NCBI GenBank assembly: GCA_036395195.1
Contig: DASWDP010000009.1
Coordinates: 1 to 45,192 of the forward strand
Length of the DNA stretch: 45,192 nucleotides
DNA from: Gemmatimonadales bacterium
GTDB taxonomy: Bacteria; Gemmatimonadota; Gemmatimonadetes; Gemmatimonadales; GWC2-71-9
Direction of reading: 5' to 3'
Shown here: positions 1-9,635 of the stretch, one piece after another
Numbering within the stretch: the first letter of the stretch is position 1
Layout of the letters: the number at the start of each line of letters is the position of its first letter
Made by a program: the position numbers and the translations under genes
Notes under the pieces: model-generated
Told to the model about the DNA's origin: nothing
Seen by the model: the letters and a program-made list of their open reading frames with translations, nothing else
Database searches by the model: none

Positions 1-1001
1 CGAACTTCGCGCGCATCGAGAACGTCGAGGAGATCGCAGACGCGGTCACGCGCGGGAAGGCCGAGCTCAAGGGCATCGCGTGCGAGAAGCCCCTGGCCCG
101 CAACGTCGCCGAGGCGAAGCGGGTGACCGAGCTGGTGAAGCGGGCGGGGATCGCCCACGGCTACCTCGAGAACCAGGCGTTCGCGCCCGCGGTGACCCAG
201 GGGCGGCACATCATCTGGGCGCGCGGCGCGGCGCTCACCGGCCGTCCCTACCTCGCCCGCGCCGCCGAGGAGCACAGCGGCCCCCACATGCCGTGGTTCT
301 GGCGGGGGGAGCTCCAGGGCGGCGGCGTGTTGAACGACATGATGTGCCACTCCGCGCTTGTCGTGCGCCGCCTGCTCACCAAACCGGGCGCGCCCTCCGG
401 CACCGTCCGCCCGGCGCGGGTGACGGGGCACATCGCGAGCCTCAAGTGGACGCGGCCGGAATACGCGAAGCGCCTGCAGCAAATGATGGGCAAGGACGTG
501 GACTACGCGAAGACGCCCGCGGAAGACTTCGCGAGCGTGATGCTCGAGTTCACCACGGACGACGGCACCACCGCACTGGGAGAAGCCACCACGTCGTGGA
601 GCTTCGTCGGCCCCGGGCTCCGCCTTTCGGCCGAGCTGCTGGGCCCGGAATACTCGATGGCGTGGAACTCGCTCGAGAGCGGGTTGAAGCTGTTCTTCAG
701 CCGCGAGGTGAAGGGCAAGGCGGGCGAGGACCTGGTCGAGAAGCAGAACGCCGAGATCGGACAGATGCCGGTGGTCGCGGGCGAAGCGGCCGCCTACGGC
801 TACGAAGCGGAGGACCGTCACTTCGTGCGTGTGTTCCTGAAACACGAGGAGCCCGAGCTGACCTTCGACCACGGCGTCGAGGTCGTGCAGGTCCTGATGG
901 CGGCGTACATGAGCGCCGAGCAGGGGAAGACGCTGGACTTTCCCCCGGCGGGCCTCGAGACATTCGTGCCTTCCGTCGCCAAGGGGACCTGGAAACCATG
1001 A
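1..1001 (+). CDS. Gfo/Idh/MocA family oxidoreductase (5' partial, continues upstream of window)
   Basis: Frame 3 is open from the window edge. It reads NFARIENVEE...GIACEKPLARNV (EKP motif), followed by the family's C-terminal domain. The ORF-track Met at 123 is internal. Confidence 0.85.
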   Translation, partial: NFARIENVEEIADAVTRGKAELKGIACEKPLARNVAEAKRVTELVKRAGIAHGYLENQAFAPAVTQGRHIIWARGAALTGRPYLARAAEEHSGPHMPWFWRGELQGGGVLNDMMCHSALVVRRLLTKPGAPSGTVRPARVTGHIASLKWTRPEYAKRLQQMMGKDVDYAKTPAEDFASVMLEFTTDDGTTALGEATTSWSFVGPGLRLSAELLGPEYSMAWNSLESGLKLFFSREVKGKAGEDLVEKQNAEIGQMPVVAGEAAAYGYEAEDRHFVRVFLKHEEPELTFDHGVEVVQVLMAAYMSAEQGKTLDFPPAGLETFVPSVAKGTWKP

Positions 1002-1020
1002 GGCAATTCCACGAGCTGCG

Positions 1021-2352
1021 CTACACGCTCCAGCCCGATCGGTACGTGGGACGCAGGTACTCTTCCGGCACCTTGACGTTGGTGACCTGGCCCGTGTCCT
1101 GAGCGATCTCGAGCACCTTGCCGATGCGCACTGCGAGGTTCCCGAGCAGCACCATCTCGGTGAGCGGCCCCGCGTATTCGGCGAAGCTCGAGTTCGTCTG
1201 TCCTTGACCCTTGCACGCGGCGATCCATTCGGCGTACACGCCGGGCGAGCGCGGATACTTCTGCGCCGGCGGGTGCGCCGCGATGTCCGCCTGCTTCGCC
1301 GGGTCGAGGAGACGGGGGTCGTCGCCGTACGTGCCGGCGACGAGCTTTCCATCCGTGCCGATCCACAGCTGTCCCTGATTGTCGGGAGGCCATTGCAGGT
1401 CGTCCGGGACCTCGGGTGGGCGCGGGGGATAGAGGCCGCCGTCCCGCCACACGAGCTTGACTTCCGGGCGGGCGCCGCGCGCCGCGAACGAGTAGACGAG
1501 GCGCGAGCTCGCGGGCGCGGCCTCCTTGTAGAGCTTCGTCGATTCCGGCTCGATCCGGACCGGCCGCCCGAGGTCGAGCGTCCAGAACGCCGCGTCCATG
1601 AGGTGGCAGGCCATGTCGCCCAGGGCGCCGCAGCCGAAGTCCCACCAGCCGCGCCACTTGAACGGCGCATACGCCGGGTGATACGGCCGCGCCGGCGCCG
1701 GGCCGAGCCACAGGTCCCAGGTGAGCGTCGCGGGCGTGAAATATTCCTCGAGCGGCCGGTCTTGTCCCTGGGGCCAGATGGGCCGGTTGGTCCAGCAGTG
1801 CACCTCGCGCACCGCGCCGATGGCGCCGGCTTCCACCCACTCGCGGATCTGACGCGTGCCCTCGTTCGCGTGCCCCTGGTTCCCCATCTGGGTGGCGACC
1901 TTCGATTTCCTGGCTGCGTCGACCATGGCACGCACTTCGTCGATCGTGCGGGCGAGCGGCTTCTCGCAGTAGACGTGCTTGCCCGCCTTCATCGCCATGA
2001 TCGCGGCGGCGGCGTGGGTGTGGTCCGGGGTCGCGACGACGACGGCGTCGATGCGCTTCGCCTCGCGGTCGAGCAGCTCCCGAAAATCCTTGTAGCGTTT
2101 CGCCCGGGGGTACTTCGCGTACGTCTCGGCGGCGCCCACGTCGTCCACGTCGCACAGGGCGTAGATGTTCTCGGAAGCGACCCCCTTCACGTCCTCACGT
2201 CCCCGGCCGCCCACGCCGATGCAGGCGATGTTCAGCGTATCGCTCGGCGCGCGAAACCCGCGCCCGAGCACGTGGCGCGGCACGATGGTGAAGGCGACGG
2301 CCGCGCCGACGTCGCCCATGAAGTTGCGTCGCGAGATGCGCTTGCGGGCCAT
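1021..2352 (-). CDS. Gfo/Idh/MocA family oxidoreductase with twin-arginine (Tat) signal
   Basis: 443 aa. The N-terminus has SRRNFM, a Tat-type motif. It also has the IGVGGRG dinucleotide-binding loop and the CEKPLA motif. Confidence 0.9.
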   Translation of the reverse strand: MARKRISRRNFMGDVGAAVAFTIVPRHVLGRGFRAPSDTLNIACIGVGGRGREDVKGVASENIYALCDVDDVGAAETYAKYPRAKRYKDFRELLDREAKRIDAVVVATPDHTHAAAAIMAMKAGKHVYCEKPLARTIDEVRAMVDAARKSKVATQMGNQGHANEGTRQIREWVEAGAIGAVREVHCWTNRPIWPQGQDRPLEEYFTPATLTWDLWLGPAPARPYHPAYAPFKWRGWWDFGCGALGDMACHLMDAAFWTLDLGRPVRIEPESTKLYKEAAPASSRLVYSFAARGARPEVKLVWRDGGLYPPRPPEVPDDLQWPPDNQGQLWIGTDGKLVAGTYGDDPRLLDPAKQADIAAHPPAQKYPRSPGVYAEWIAACKGQGQTNSSFAEYAGPLTEMVLLGNLAVRIGKVLEIAQDTGQVTNVKVPEEYLRPTYRSGWSV

Positions 2353-2365
2353 GATGGGAGCCTCC

Positions 2366-3586
2366 TCAGTCGGCCGCCGCCGGCTGCGGTGCGCCAGCGG
2401 CTGCGGGCCGGAACAGCAGGGCGAACAACACGAGAATCACGAACGCCATGGTGGCGGGGTACAGCCAGATGTGCGGCCAGTCGTGCGTCACGGTCCCATC
2501 CGACGCCGCGCGGGCGAAGGCACCCACGATGCGGCCGGACACCCACGCGCCGATCGCGTAGCCGACGCCGTTCGTGACGACATTGATGAGACCCTGCGCG
2601 GCGGCGCGGATCCGTTCGCCGGCCCGCTCGTCGGTGTAGATCTGTCCCGCCACGAAGAAAAAGTCGTAGCACACGCCGTGCAGCAGGATGCCTGCGTACA
2701 GCAGCCACATCCCGGCGCCGACGTTGCCGTTGCCGAAGGCGAGATAGCGGAGGGTCCACGCCAGCATGCCCCCGAGCATGATCGTCTTGATGCCGTACCG
2801 CTTCAGGGCGAATGGCAGCAGCAGCATGAAGAAGATTTCCGACATCTGCCCGAACGTCTGGATGAAGGCCGGCTCCGGGGCGTGGATCTCGTTCAAGAAG
2901 AGATTCGTGAACGCGTAATAGAACTGGAGCGGAATGCACAGCAGGAACGAGCCCAGCACGAAGACGAGGAACGTCCGGTCCTTGAGCAGCTGGAGCGCGT
3001 CGAGCCCCATCGCGTTGCGGACGCTGAACGGCGTCCCGGCGGCCCTGGGTGGTGTATGCGGCAAGGCGAAGGAGTACAACCCGAGCACGAACGACGCGAT
3101 CGCGGCGACCCGCATCGGGACGGCCTGCGCGTCGGCACGCAGCACTTTGCCGACCAAGATTCCCGCGACGATCCACCCGATGGTGCCGAGCACGCGGATG
3201 AACGGGAAGTCGCGCGCCGGGTTCTCCACGTTGTGGAACGAAATCGAGTTGGAGAGCGACAGCGTCGGCATGTAGCAGAGGGCGTACAGAATGAGGACCG
3301 GGAAGAAGGTCCAGAACGTCGTGAGCGTGGACACGTACCAGAGGATGGCCCCGCCCACCAGATGCAGCGTCGCCAGCAGCTTCTCCGTGGCGAAGAAGCG
3401 ATCGGCGAAGACGCCCATGAAAAACGGCGAGACGATCGCCGCGATGGCCGTCGTCATATAGGCGGCGCCCACCTGAGGACCGCTGAAATGCAGCGTGCTC
3501 CCCAGGTAGGTGCCCATCGTGACGAACCATGCTCCCCAGACGAAGTACTGGAGGAACATCATCGCCGAGAGCTTGAGCTTGGTCAC
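2366..3586 (-). CDS. MFS nucleoside:H+ symporter family transporter (NupG/XapB-like)
   Basis: 406 aa polytopic membrane protein. The N-terminus [26 protein letters not shown] is typical of the Nuc_H_symport family. Confidence 0.8.
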   Translation of the reverse strand: MTKLKLSAMMFLQYFVWGAWFVTMGTYLGSTLHFSGPQVGAAYMTTAIAAIVSPFFMGVFADRFFATEKLLATLHLVGGAILWYVSTLTTFWTFFPVLILYALCYMPTLSLSNSISFHNVENPARDFPFIRVLGTIGWIVAGILVGKVLRADAQAVPMRVAAIASFVLGLYSFALPHTPPRAAGTPFSVRNAMGLDALQLLKDRTFLVFVLGSFLLCIPLQFYYAFTNLFLNEIHAPEPAFIQTFGQMSEIFFMLLLPFALKRYGIKTIMLGGMLAWTLRYLAFGNGNVGAGMWLLYAGILLHGVCYDFFFVAGQIYTDERAGERIRAAAQGLINVVTNGVGYAIGAWVSGRIVGAFARAASDGTVTHDWPHIWLYPATMAFVILVLFALLFRPAAAGAPQPAAAD

Positions 3587-4290
3587 GGCAGCACCCTGAT
3601 CTTGATGTTGCGGTAGGCGACGCGGTCACCGTGGTCCTGCAGGCCGATGTAGCCCTCGGCGTTGCGCCCGTAGCGCGGGTGGGGAGCGAACTTGCTCGCC
3701 TTCACTTTCGCCGCCCAGTCCGGGCTCCCGAGCTCGTACTCGACCACCTTCCCCCCGTTCAGCCAGTGCTCCACGTGATTCCCCCGCACGACGATCCGCG
3801 CCCGGTTCCATTTGCCGCCGGGCTTCACCACGCCCGCGGGGGCGGGATAGAGACCGTAATCGGAGCCGGCGGCGGTGAGGCGCGAGCGCCCGTCGGGGTG
3901 CCGGGCGTCGTCCAGGACCTGCATCTCCGGCGCGGTCCAGTAGATCGCGTCGTCGTCCTCGCTCGCCCGATAGAAGATCCCGCTGTTCCCTCCCGGGGCG
4001 ACGTTCCACTCGAGCGAGAGCTCGAAGTTCCGGAACTTGTCCCGCGTGACGATGTCACCGGCGGGCGCGACCCGCGTCAGCGCGCCGTCCACGACCTGCC
4101 ACCCCGACGGCAGCGAGTCCATCCTCCACCCGCGCCATCCGGCCGCGGTCTTGCCGTCGAACAGCAGCCGCCAGCCGGCGTCGCGCTCGGCGGGGGTCAG
4201 GGTGTTGAGGGACGCTTGGGCGTGCGCGGCGCCAGCCGGCGCGATCCCGAGGCACACGACGAGCAGGGTCACCGCCGTTGGGAGTCTCAC
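3583..4290 (-). CDS. Secreted DUF1080 (3-keto-disaccharide hydrolase-like) domain protein
   Basis: 235 aa with a signal peptide. DUF1080 hallmarks are present: [42 protein letters not shown]. There is a 4-nt overlap with the upstream transporter gene. Confidence 0.85.
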   Translation of the reverse strand: MRLPTAVTLLVVCLGIAPAGAAHAQASLNTLTPAERDAGWRLLFDGKTAAGWRGWRMDSLPSGWQVVDGALTRVAPAGDIVTRDKFRNFELSLEWNVAPGGNSGIFYRASEDDDAIYWTAPEMQVLDDARHPDGRSRLTAAGSDYGLYPAPAGVVKPGGKWNRARIVVRGNHVEHWLNGGKVVEYELGSPDWAAKVKASKFAPHPRYGRNAEGYIGLQDHGDRVAYRNIKIRVLP

Positions 4291-4389
4291 GTTGTCTCCG
4301 GGGAGTGTGGAACCGGGCTCAAGACTACGGCCCGCTCGAACGCAGCGGAAGTTGGGGCAACCACGGGGTGTGCCGCGACAGGGAGCCGC

Positions 4390-4848
4390 TCAGCCGGGAA
4401 TGCCGGCGCCCTCCTTCAGCCGCGTCTGCACGGCGCGGCGCGCCCGCTCGCTGCGTGTGATCACGAGGACGGCGTCGTCTCCCGCGATCGTACCGATGAT
4501 CTCCGACCACCCCGCCGCGTCGATCGCGAGCCCCAGCGCCTGCGCGCCCCCCGCGGGCGTCTTCACCACGAGCAGCGGGCCCACGCCGTCGAGGGACACG
4601 AGCATGGTGGGCAGCAGCTGCTCCAGGTGCGGGCGCATGGCGGTGCCGCCCTCGGGCGGGGGCGCGTAGTGCGAGCCGCCGTCGGGCGCCGCGACTTTCG
4701 CCAGGCCGAGCTCGCGGATGTCGCGCGACAGCGTCGCCTGGGTGACGTCGAAGCCTTCGGCCTTGAGCAGCTCGCGCAGCCGCTCCTGACTCGCGACGGT
4801 CTGCGAGCGCACGATCTTCAGGATGGCCGCGTGGCGCTGCGTTTTCAT
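4390..4848 (-). CDS. argR: Arginine repressor ArgR
   Basis: MKTQRHAAILKIV... forms the winged-helix N-domain, and the C-domain carries GTIAGDD. I moved the start to the ATG at 4848. The ORF-track start at 4908 lies inside the upstream gene and its repeat. Confidence 0.85.
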   Translation of the reverse strand: MKTQRHAAILKIVRSQTVASQERLRELLKAEGFDVTQATLSRDIRELGLAKVAAPDGGSHYAPPPEGGTAMRPHLEQLLPTMLVSLDGVGPLLVVKTPAGGAQALGLAIDAAGWSEIIGTIAGDDAVLVITRSERARRAVQTRLKEGAGIPG

Positions 4849-4859
4849 GGGGGCAGAAT

Positions 4860-6050
4860 CTAGCCGTGAACCACGCGTCCGGCGACGACGGTGAGGAGGG
4901 CGGTACAAGGCGGTAGAGGGCGGTAGAGGGCGGTAGAGGGAAACACCGCGAGGTCGGCCTCTTTCCCGACGTCGAGCGAACCGATCTCACTCTCCAGGCC
5001 GAGGGCCCGCGCGCCCTCGAGCGTGAGCATCCGCAGCGCCTCCTCACCTTCGAGCCCGGCCGCGGTCGCTTCGGGCCACAGGCCCACGTCTCCCGTGCTC
5101 ACCACCGAGTCGGTGCCCAAGCCGACGGGCAGTCCGGCCCGCCGGAAGGCGGAGAACGGGGCGGTGCCGTGCCCGTGGGCGCGGTTCGACCGCGGGCAGT
5201 GCGCCACCGCCACCCCCGAGTCCCGCAGAATCACCACGTCTCGCTCGTCCACTTGAACGCAGTGGATGCTCAGACAGTTGCCAGACGCCAAGACGCCAAG
5301 TTGCAAGAGATACTCGACGGGCGAGCAGTGGTGCGGCTCGACCGCGATGCCCCGCGCGCGCAAAGCATCGGCGAACGGGCCCCTGCCCTCCCGCACCAGC
5401 TCAGTCTCCTCGCGCGACTCGGCGAGGTGCATCGCGACCGGCAGCCGCGCGCTCCGCGCGAGCTCGTCCACGGCGCGGTACAACCGGTCGCTCACCGTGT
5501 AGGGCGCGTGCGGCGACACACCGAGCCGCAGCCGCGTCGAGGCGAGGCCGCCGAGCCGCCCGAGCGCCTGCTCCAGCTCGGCGAGGCTGGTCCGCGCCTC
5601 TTCGGGATCGGGGCCGAACACCTCCTGGTACACAATGCCCCGGCCCCCCAACGCGTGCAGCGCTTCCATCACGGCGCCAGTCGAGCCCGTGTCCGCGACG
5701 CAGGTGACCCCCGCGGCCCACGCGTCCCGCACCCCCGTCTCCGCCGCACGGCGGAACTCGTCGGGCGTGGTGGCGTCCTTGAGCGCGCGGATCGTGCGGA
5801 TCCAGCGGGCGAACTCGCGCTCGGCGTTCTTCCCGGCGAGATGCGTGAGCTCGAGATGCGTGTGGGTATTCACCAGGCCGGGGACGAGGACCGCGTCGCG
5901 AAACTCGAGCGCCTGGATCCCCGGGGGAGTGGGGACGTGGGGATGCGGGCCGACGGCCGCGATCTTGCCGCGGTCGTCAACGAGAACGGCGCCGTCCTCG
6001 ATGGGCGGCGCCGTGACGGGGTGCACTGAGCCAGCACGGATGCGCAGCAT
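4860..6050 (-). CDS. Amidohydrolase family protein (chlorohydrolase/deaminase-like)
   Basis: The NTHTHLELTH metal-binding HxH motif is present, and the C-terminus has GSLDVGKEADLAVF. The start is set at the ATG at 6050 (MLRIRAGSV...). The ORF-track extension to 6104 only reads through the heptamer repeat. Confidence 0.8.
   Translation of the reverse strand: MLRIRAGSVHPVTAPPIEDGAVLVDDRGKIAAVGPHPHVPTPPGIQALEFRDAVLVPGLVNTHTHLELTHLAGKNAEREFARWIRTIRALKDATTPDEFRRAAETGVRDAWAAGVTCVADTGSTGAVMEALHALGGRGIVYQEVFGPDPEEARTSLAELEQALGRLGGLASTRLRLGVSPHAPYTVSDRLYRAVDELARSARLPVAMHLAESREETELVREGRGPFADALRARGIAVEPHHCSPVEYLLQLGVLASGNCLSIHCVQVDERDVVILRDSGVAVAHCPRSNRAHGHGTAPFSAFRRAGLPVGLGTDSVVSTGDVGLWPEATAAGLEGEEALRMLTLEGARALGLESEIGSLDVGKEADLAVFPSTALYRPLPPCTALLTVVAGRVVHG
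4891..4940. repeat. Direct tandem 10-mer repeat (CGGTAGAGGG x3, a variant CGGTACAAGG, and a partial GTGAGGAGGG) inside the amidohydrolase 3' end
   Basis: Read directly from the sequence: 4901-4940 is four consecutive 10-mers and 4891-4900 is a degenerate fifth. On the minus strand this encodes PSTALYRPLPPCTALL. Confidence 0.9.
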
Positions 6051-6052
6051 TA

Positions 6053-6136
6053 GGGGTTCGGGGTTCGGGGCTCGGGGCTCGGGGCTCGGGGCTGCCGGTC
6101 GCACTCCCGAGCCCCGAACCCCGAGCCCCGAGTCCC
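6053..6136. repeat. Heptamer-repeat palindrome, GGGGYTC type (six units, 11-nt gap between arrays, 4.4 inverted units)
   Basis: GGGGTTC x2, GGGGCTC x3 and GGGGCTG occupy 6053-6094. GAGCCCC-type units occupy 6106-6136. Manual pairing of 6060-6090 with 6106-6136 gives 31 positions with 1 mismatch and 2 G:T, and a 15-nt loop (6091-6105). Confidence 0.92.
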
Positions 6137-8301
6137 TAGGGTGACACCCCGATGCCGAACGGCGCGTGCACCGGACACGACTGGCTCGGCTCGGTGCCCG
6201 GATAGAACCAGTCCCAGTGCCGCACCTCCTGCGGACAGAACGGCGTCGCGAGGTAACCGTTCGACCAGTCGACCTCTCGGGTGATCAGCGAGTCGGGCCG
6301 AGGCCAGTCGGGCGGCGCGGGACGCCGGTCGTACACGTCGCGCATGAACGCGGTCCAGGCCGGCGCGACGATGCGGCCGCCGCCGGCGTTGTGCTCGAGG
6401 ATACGCTGCTGCAGATCGTATCCCACCCACATCCCGGCCACGAGCTCGGACGTATAGCCGATGAACCAGGCGTCGGTGTAGTCGTCGGTGGTGCCGGTCT
6501 TGCCCGCGGCCGGGAGCGTGAAGCCCGCCTTCCAGACGGCGCTGAAGGCGGTGCCGCGGCGGATCACGTCCTTCATCATATCCACCATGAGCCACTCGTG
6601 CTCGGGATCCATCACCGGCTCGCGCCGGATGGCGGGCTGCCACAGGATGTTCCCCTGCCGGTCCTCCACCCGCAGGAGGCCGATCGGCTCGGCGCGAGTG
6701 CCGAGGGTCGCGAACGCGGTGTACGCGGCGATCATCTCCATCGGGCGCACGCCCTTCGCGCCGATGTGGATCGACGGGTACGGCGGCAGCGGTGTGGTGA
6801 TGCCATAGCGCCGGGCTTCGCCGATCACCGTCTGCTCGCCCAGCGACATGCCGAGCTTGATCGTCGCGAGGTTGCGCGAGAGGTACAGGCCCTCGCGCAT
6901 CGGGATCAGACCGAGGGTCGTGTCGTCGTCGTCCTTCGGCTGCCACAGCGTGGAGTCGAGCTGGATCACCGGCGGGTTCAGGGGCGAGTCGTCGAGGATC
7001 TCGGTCACCGGGTGGCCCGCCCGGATCGCCGCGGAGTACACGAACGGCTTGAAGGTCGAGCCCGGCTGGCGGATCGCCTGCGTGGCGCGGTTGTACTTCG
7101 AGTCGTCGAAGTCGCGCCCGCCGATCATCGCGCGGATGTAGCCGGTGTTCGCCTCGAGGGCCACCAAGGCGCCCTGGAGGTACGGGGTGAACGGCCCGTG
7201 GTCCTCCGCCGACGCCTTGGACGACTCGATGTACTCGCGGTAGGTCGTGCGTCCCGGGAACTTGCCGTTGGAGTACACACCCGCCTCGATGGCGTCGAGC
7301 TGCGACTGCAGCGCGCGCTCCGCCGCCTGCTGCATGTCGAGGTCCAGGGTGGTGTAGATCCGCAGGCCGCCCTCGTACAGGTCGCGCCCGAAGCGCGCGT
7401 CGAGCTGCACGCGCAGCCATTCCACGAAGTAGGGCGCCACGTCGCCGTAGCTCGTGCGGTTGGCGGTGAGCACGAGCGGGTACGCCTTCCACAGCTCGGC
7501 TTCTTCCGGGGTCAGGTAGCCCTGGTCGCGCATCAGCCCCAGCACCACGTTGCGCCGCTGCACGGCGCGCTCGGGGTGAGTGCGCGGGTTGTAGAACGCC
7601 GGCAGCTTGGGCAGCGCCGCGAGCGTCGCCGCCTCGGCGACGTTGAGCTGCCGGGCCGACTTGCCGAAGTAGATCTGCGCCGCCGCGTCCACGCCGTACG
7701 CCCCGGCGCCGAGGTTGATCTGGTTGAGATAGAGCTGGAGGATCGTGTCCTTCGGGAAGTTGCTCTCGATCTCGACCGCCACGCGCGCTTCCTTGAGCTT
7801 GCGCGCCAGCGTCTTCTCGCGCCTGATCTCCTCCGGGAAGATGTTGCGCGCCAGCTGCATCGTGATGGTCGAGAACCCCTGCGCGAAGCTCAACGTCAAC
7901 AGGTTGTTCTTGATCGCGCCGATGATGCGCCAGTAGTCGATCCCGTGGTGCTTGTAGAAGCGCTTGTCCTCGGTGGCGATGAACGCCTGGCGCACCGGCT
8001 CGGGGATCTCGGAGAGCGGCAGCACGGTGCGCCGCTCGGCGCCGAGCTCGCTGATCAGCCGGCCGTCGGCCGCGTACACCTTGGAGGTTTGGACCTGGTG
8101 GTTCGGGTTCGCGACCAGGCGCGAGATGCTGGGGCAGTGTTCGCCCGCGCACACGCGGGTCCACGACCCGTAGGCGAGGCCGAGCAGGTAGGCCCCGAGC
8201 AGCAACGCCGCCGCGATCAGGCGGCCGCGGATTTTCGGATCCCGCCACCAGGAGAGGGGACGCGAGCCGGGGAGGGAGACCGGCGCCGGAATGGACACCA
8301 T
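6136..8301 (-). CDS. mrcA: Penicillin-binding protein 1A (bifunctional glycosyltransferase/transpeptidase)
   Basis: 721 aa with an N-terminal TM anchor. GT51 motifs are EDKRFYKHHGID and RKLKE. Transpeptidase motifs are STFKP (SxxK) and KTGTT. Confidence 0.92.
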   Translation of the reverse strand: MVSIPAPVSLPGSRPLSWWRDPKIRGRLIAAALLLGAYLLGLAYGSWTRVCAGEHCPSISRLVANPNHQVQTSKVYAADGRLISELGAERRTVLPLSEIPEPVRQAFIATEDKRFYKHHGIDYWRIIGAIKNNLLTLSFAQGFSTITMQLARNIFPEEIRREKTLARKLKEARVAVEIESNFPKDTILQLYLNQINLGAGAYGVDAAAQIYFGKSARQLNVAEAATLAALPKLPAFYNPRTHPERAVQRRNVVLGLMRDQGYLTPEEAELWKAYPLVLTANRTSYGDVAPYFVEWLRVQLDARFGRDLYEGGLRIYTTLDLDMQQAAERALQSQLDAIEAGVYSNGKFPGRTTYREYIESSKASAEDHGPFTPYLQGALVALEANTGYIRAMIGGRDFDDSKYNRATQAIRQPGSTFKPFVYSAAIRAGHPVTEILDDSPLNPPVIQLDSTLWQPKDDDDTTLGLIPMREGLYLSRNLATIKLGMSLGEQTVIGEARRYGITTPLPPYPSIHIGAKGVRPMEMIAAYTAFATLGTRAEPIGLLRVEDRQGNILWQPAIRREPVMDPEHEWLMVDMMKDVIRRGTAFSAVWKAGFTLPAAGKTGTTDDYTDAWFIGYTSELVAGMWVGYDLQQRILEHNAGGGRIVAPAWTAFMRDVYDRRPAPPDWPRPDSLITREVDWSNGYLATPFCPQEVRHWDWFYPGTEPSQSCPVHAPFGIGVSP

Positions 8302-8333
8302 GCGCGTTACAACCTAGTCGGGCGCCCCGGCGC

Positions 8334-8362
8334 TTGCCAGCGGTTGGAGCTTCTCGTACGAT
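8334..8362 (+). promoter_or_regulatory. Candidate sigma70-type promoter for tyrS (TTGCCA-17 nt-TACGAT), implying a very short or absent leader
   Basis: The hexamers lie at 8334-8339 and 8357-8362, and the tyrS ATG is at 8371. This rests on pattern match alone in a 69-nt divergent spacer. Confidence 0.3.
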
Positions 8363-8370
8363 TCCGCGCC

Positions 8371-9633
8371 ATGCCGGACCTCCTCGCCGAGCTCGAGTGG
8401 CGCGGCTTCGTGCACCACGCCACACAGCAGATCCAGCGCCACCTCACCGAGGCGCCGCGGACGGTCTACTGCGGCTTCGACCCGACGGCGCCCAGCTTCC
8501 AGGTCGGCAACTTGATGCCGCTCACGCTCCTGCGGCACTTCCAGCTGCACGGGCACAAACCCATCGTCCTCATGGGTGGCGGCACCGGGCTGATCGGCGA
8601 CCCGAGCGGCAAGCAGAGCGAGCGGCCTCTCCTCTCGAAGGACCAGATCAGGGACAACATCCACCGCCAGCGGGACCAGATGGGTCGGCTGTTCGACTTC
8701 GACGCGAAAAACAAGCGCGCCCTCGTCCTCAACAACGCCGACTGGCTGGTCGATCAACGCCTGGTGGACTTCCTCCGCGACGTCGGCAAGCACTTCACGG
8801 TGAACGTGATGCTGCAGAAGGAATCCGTGAAGGCACGACTCGACGCAGGCATCTCCTACACCGAATTCAGTTACATGTTGCTCCAGGCGTACGATTTTCT
8901 GCACCTGTTCCGCAAAGAGGGCTGCACGGTTCAGGTCGGCGGCAGCGATCAATGGGGGAACATCACTGCGGGCATCGACCTGATCCGTCGGGTGGAAGGC
9001 GGCGAGGCGCACGGGCTCGTCGCGCCACTCTTCACCACCGCCTCCGGGGGGAAGTTCGGCAAGACGGAGGGTGGCGCGGTCTGGCTCGATCCGGCCCTCA
9101 CGTCGCCCTACAAGTTCTACCAGTTCTGGCTCAATAGCGACGACCGGGACGTGGAGCGCTACCTCAAGTTCTTCACCTTCTTCTCGCGGGATGAGATCCG
9201 GGACCTCATGGCGAAACTCAAGGCCAACCCGGCGGCGCGCGACGCCCAGCGCGCCCTCGCGCGCGACGTGACCGAGCGGGTGCACGGCGCCGAGGCCACG
9301 GCGAAGGTGACGCGCGCCTCCCAGGTGCTGTTTGGCAGTTTCGACCCGCACCGTGCCGAGGACGCGATTTTCGACATCTTGGCTCAGGAAGTCCCGACCG
9401 CCACCATGGCTGCGCGTGACAGCCTCACGCTCGTCGACGCGGTCGTCCAGTCCGGGCTCGCGAAATCGAAGAGCGAGGCGCGGCGCGCCATCGAGCAGGG
9501 CGGGATCTACCTGAACCAGCAGCGCGAAAAGGACGTGGAGCGCCGCATTGCGCCGGGCGACTGGCTCGCCGGCGGCAACCTGCTGTTGCGCAAGGGCAAG
9601 AAGGACTACGCCCTCCTCCGCGCCGGAGGCTGA
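8371..9633 (+). CDS. tyrS: Tyrosine--tRNA ligase
   Basis: MPDLLAELEWRGFVHH..., GGGTGLIGDPSGK, KFGKT (KMSKS-type), and a C-terminal S4-like domain. The ATG at 8371 is in frame within the artefactually long ORF 6166..9633. Confidence 0.95.
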   Translation: MPDLLAELEWRGFVHHATQQIQRHLTEAPRTVYCGFDPTAPSFQVGNLMPLTLLRHFQLHGHKPIVLMGGGTGLIGDPSGKQSERPLLSKDQIRDNIHRQRDQMGRLFDFDAKNKRALVLNNADWLVDQRLVDFLRDVGKHFTVNVMLQKESVKARLDAGISYTEFSYMLLQAYDFLHLFRKEGCTVQVGGSDQWGNITAGIDLIRRVEGGEAHGLVAPLFTTASGGKFGKTEGGAVWLDPALTSPYKFYQFWLNSDDRDVERYLKFFTFFSRDEIRDLMAKLKANPAARDAQRALARDVTERVHGAEATAKVTRASQVLFGSFDPHRAEDAIFDILAQEVPTATMAARDSLTLVDAVVQSGLAKSKSEARRAIEQGGIYLNQQREKDVERRIAPGDWLAGGNLLLRKGKKDYALLRAGG

Positions 9634-9635
9634 GC

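Noticed and set aside
1-4290. The Gfo/Idh/MocA x2, nucleoside-type MFS transporter and DUF1080 cluster, considered as a novel pathway.
   Set aside because: This combination of Tat-exported or cytoplasmic Gfo/Idh/MocA oxidoreductases with DUF1080 and a sugar/nucleoside transporter is a common carbohydrate-oxidation neighbourhood in soil bacteria. Nothing at the sequence level is unusual.
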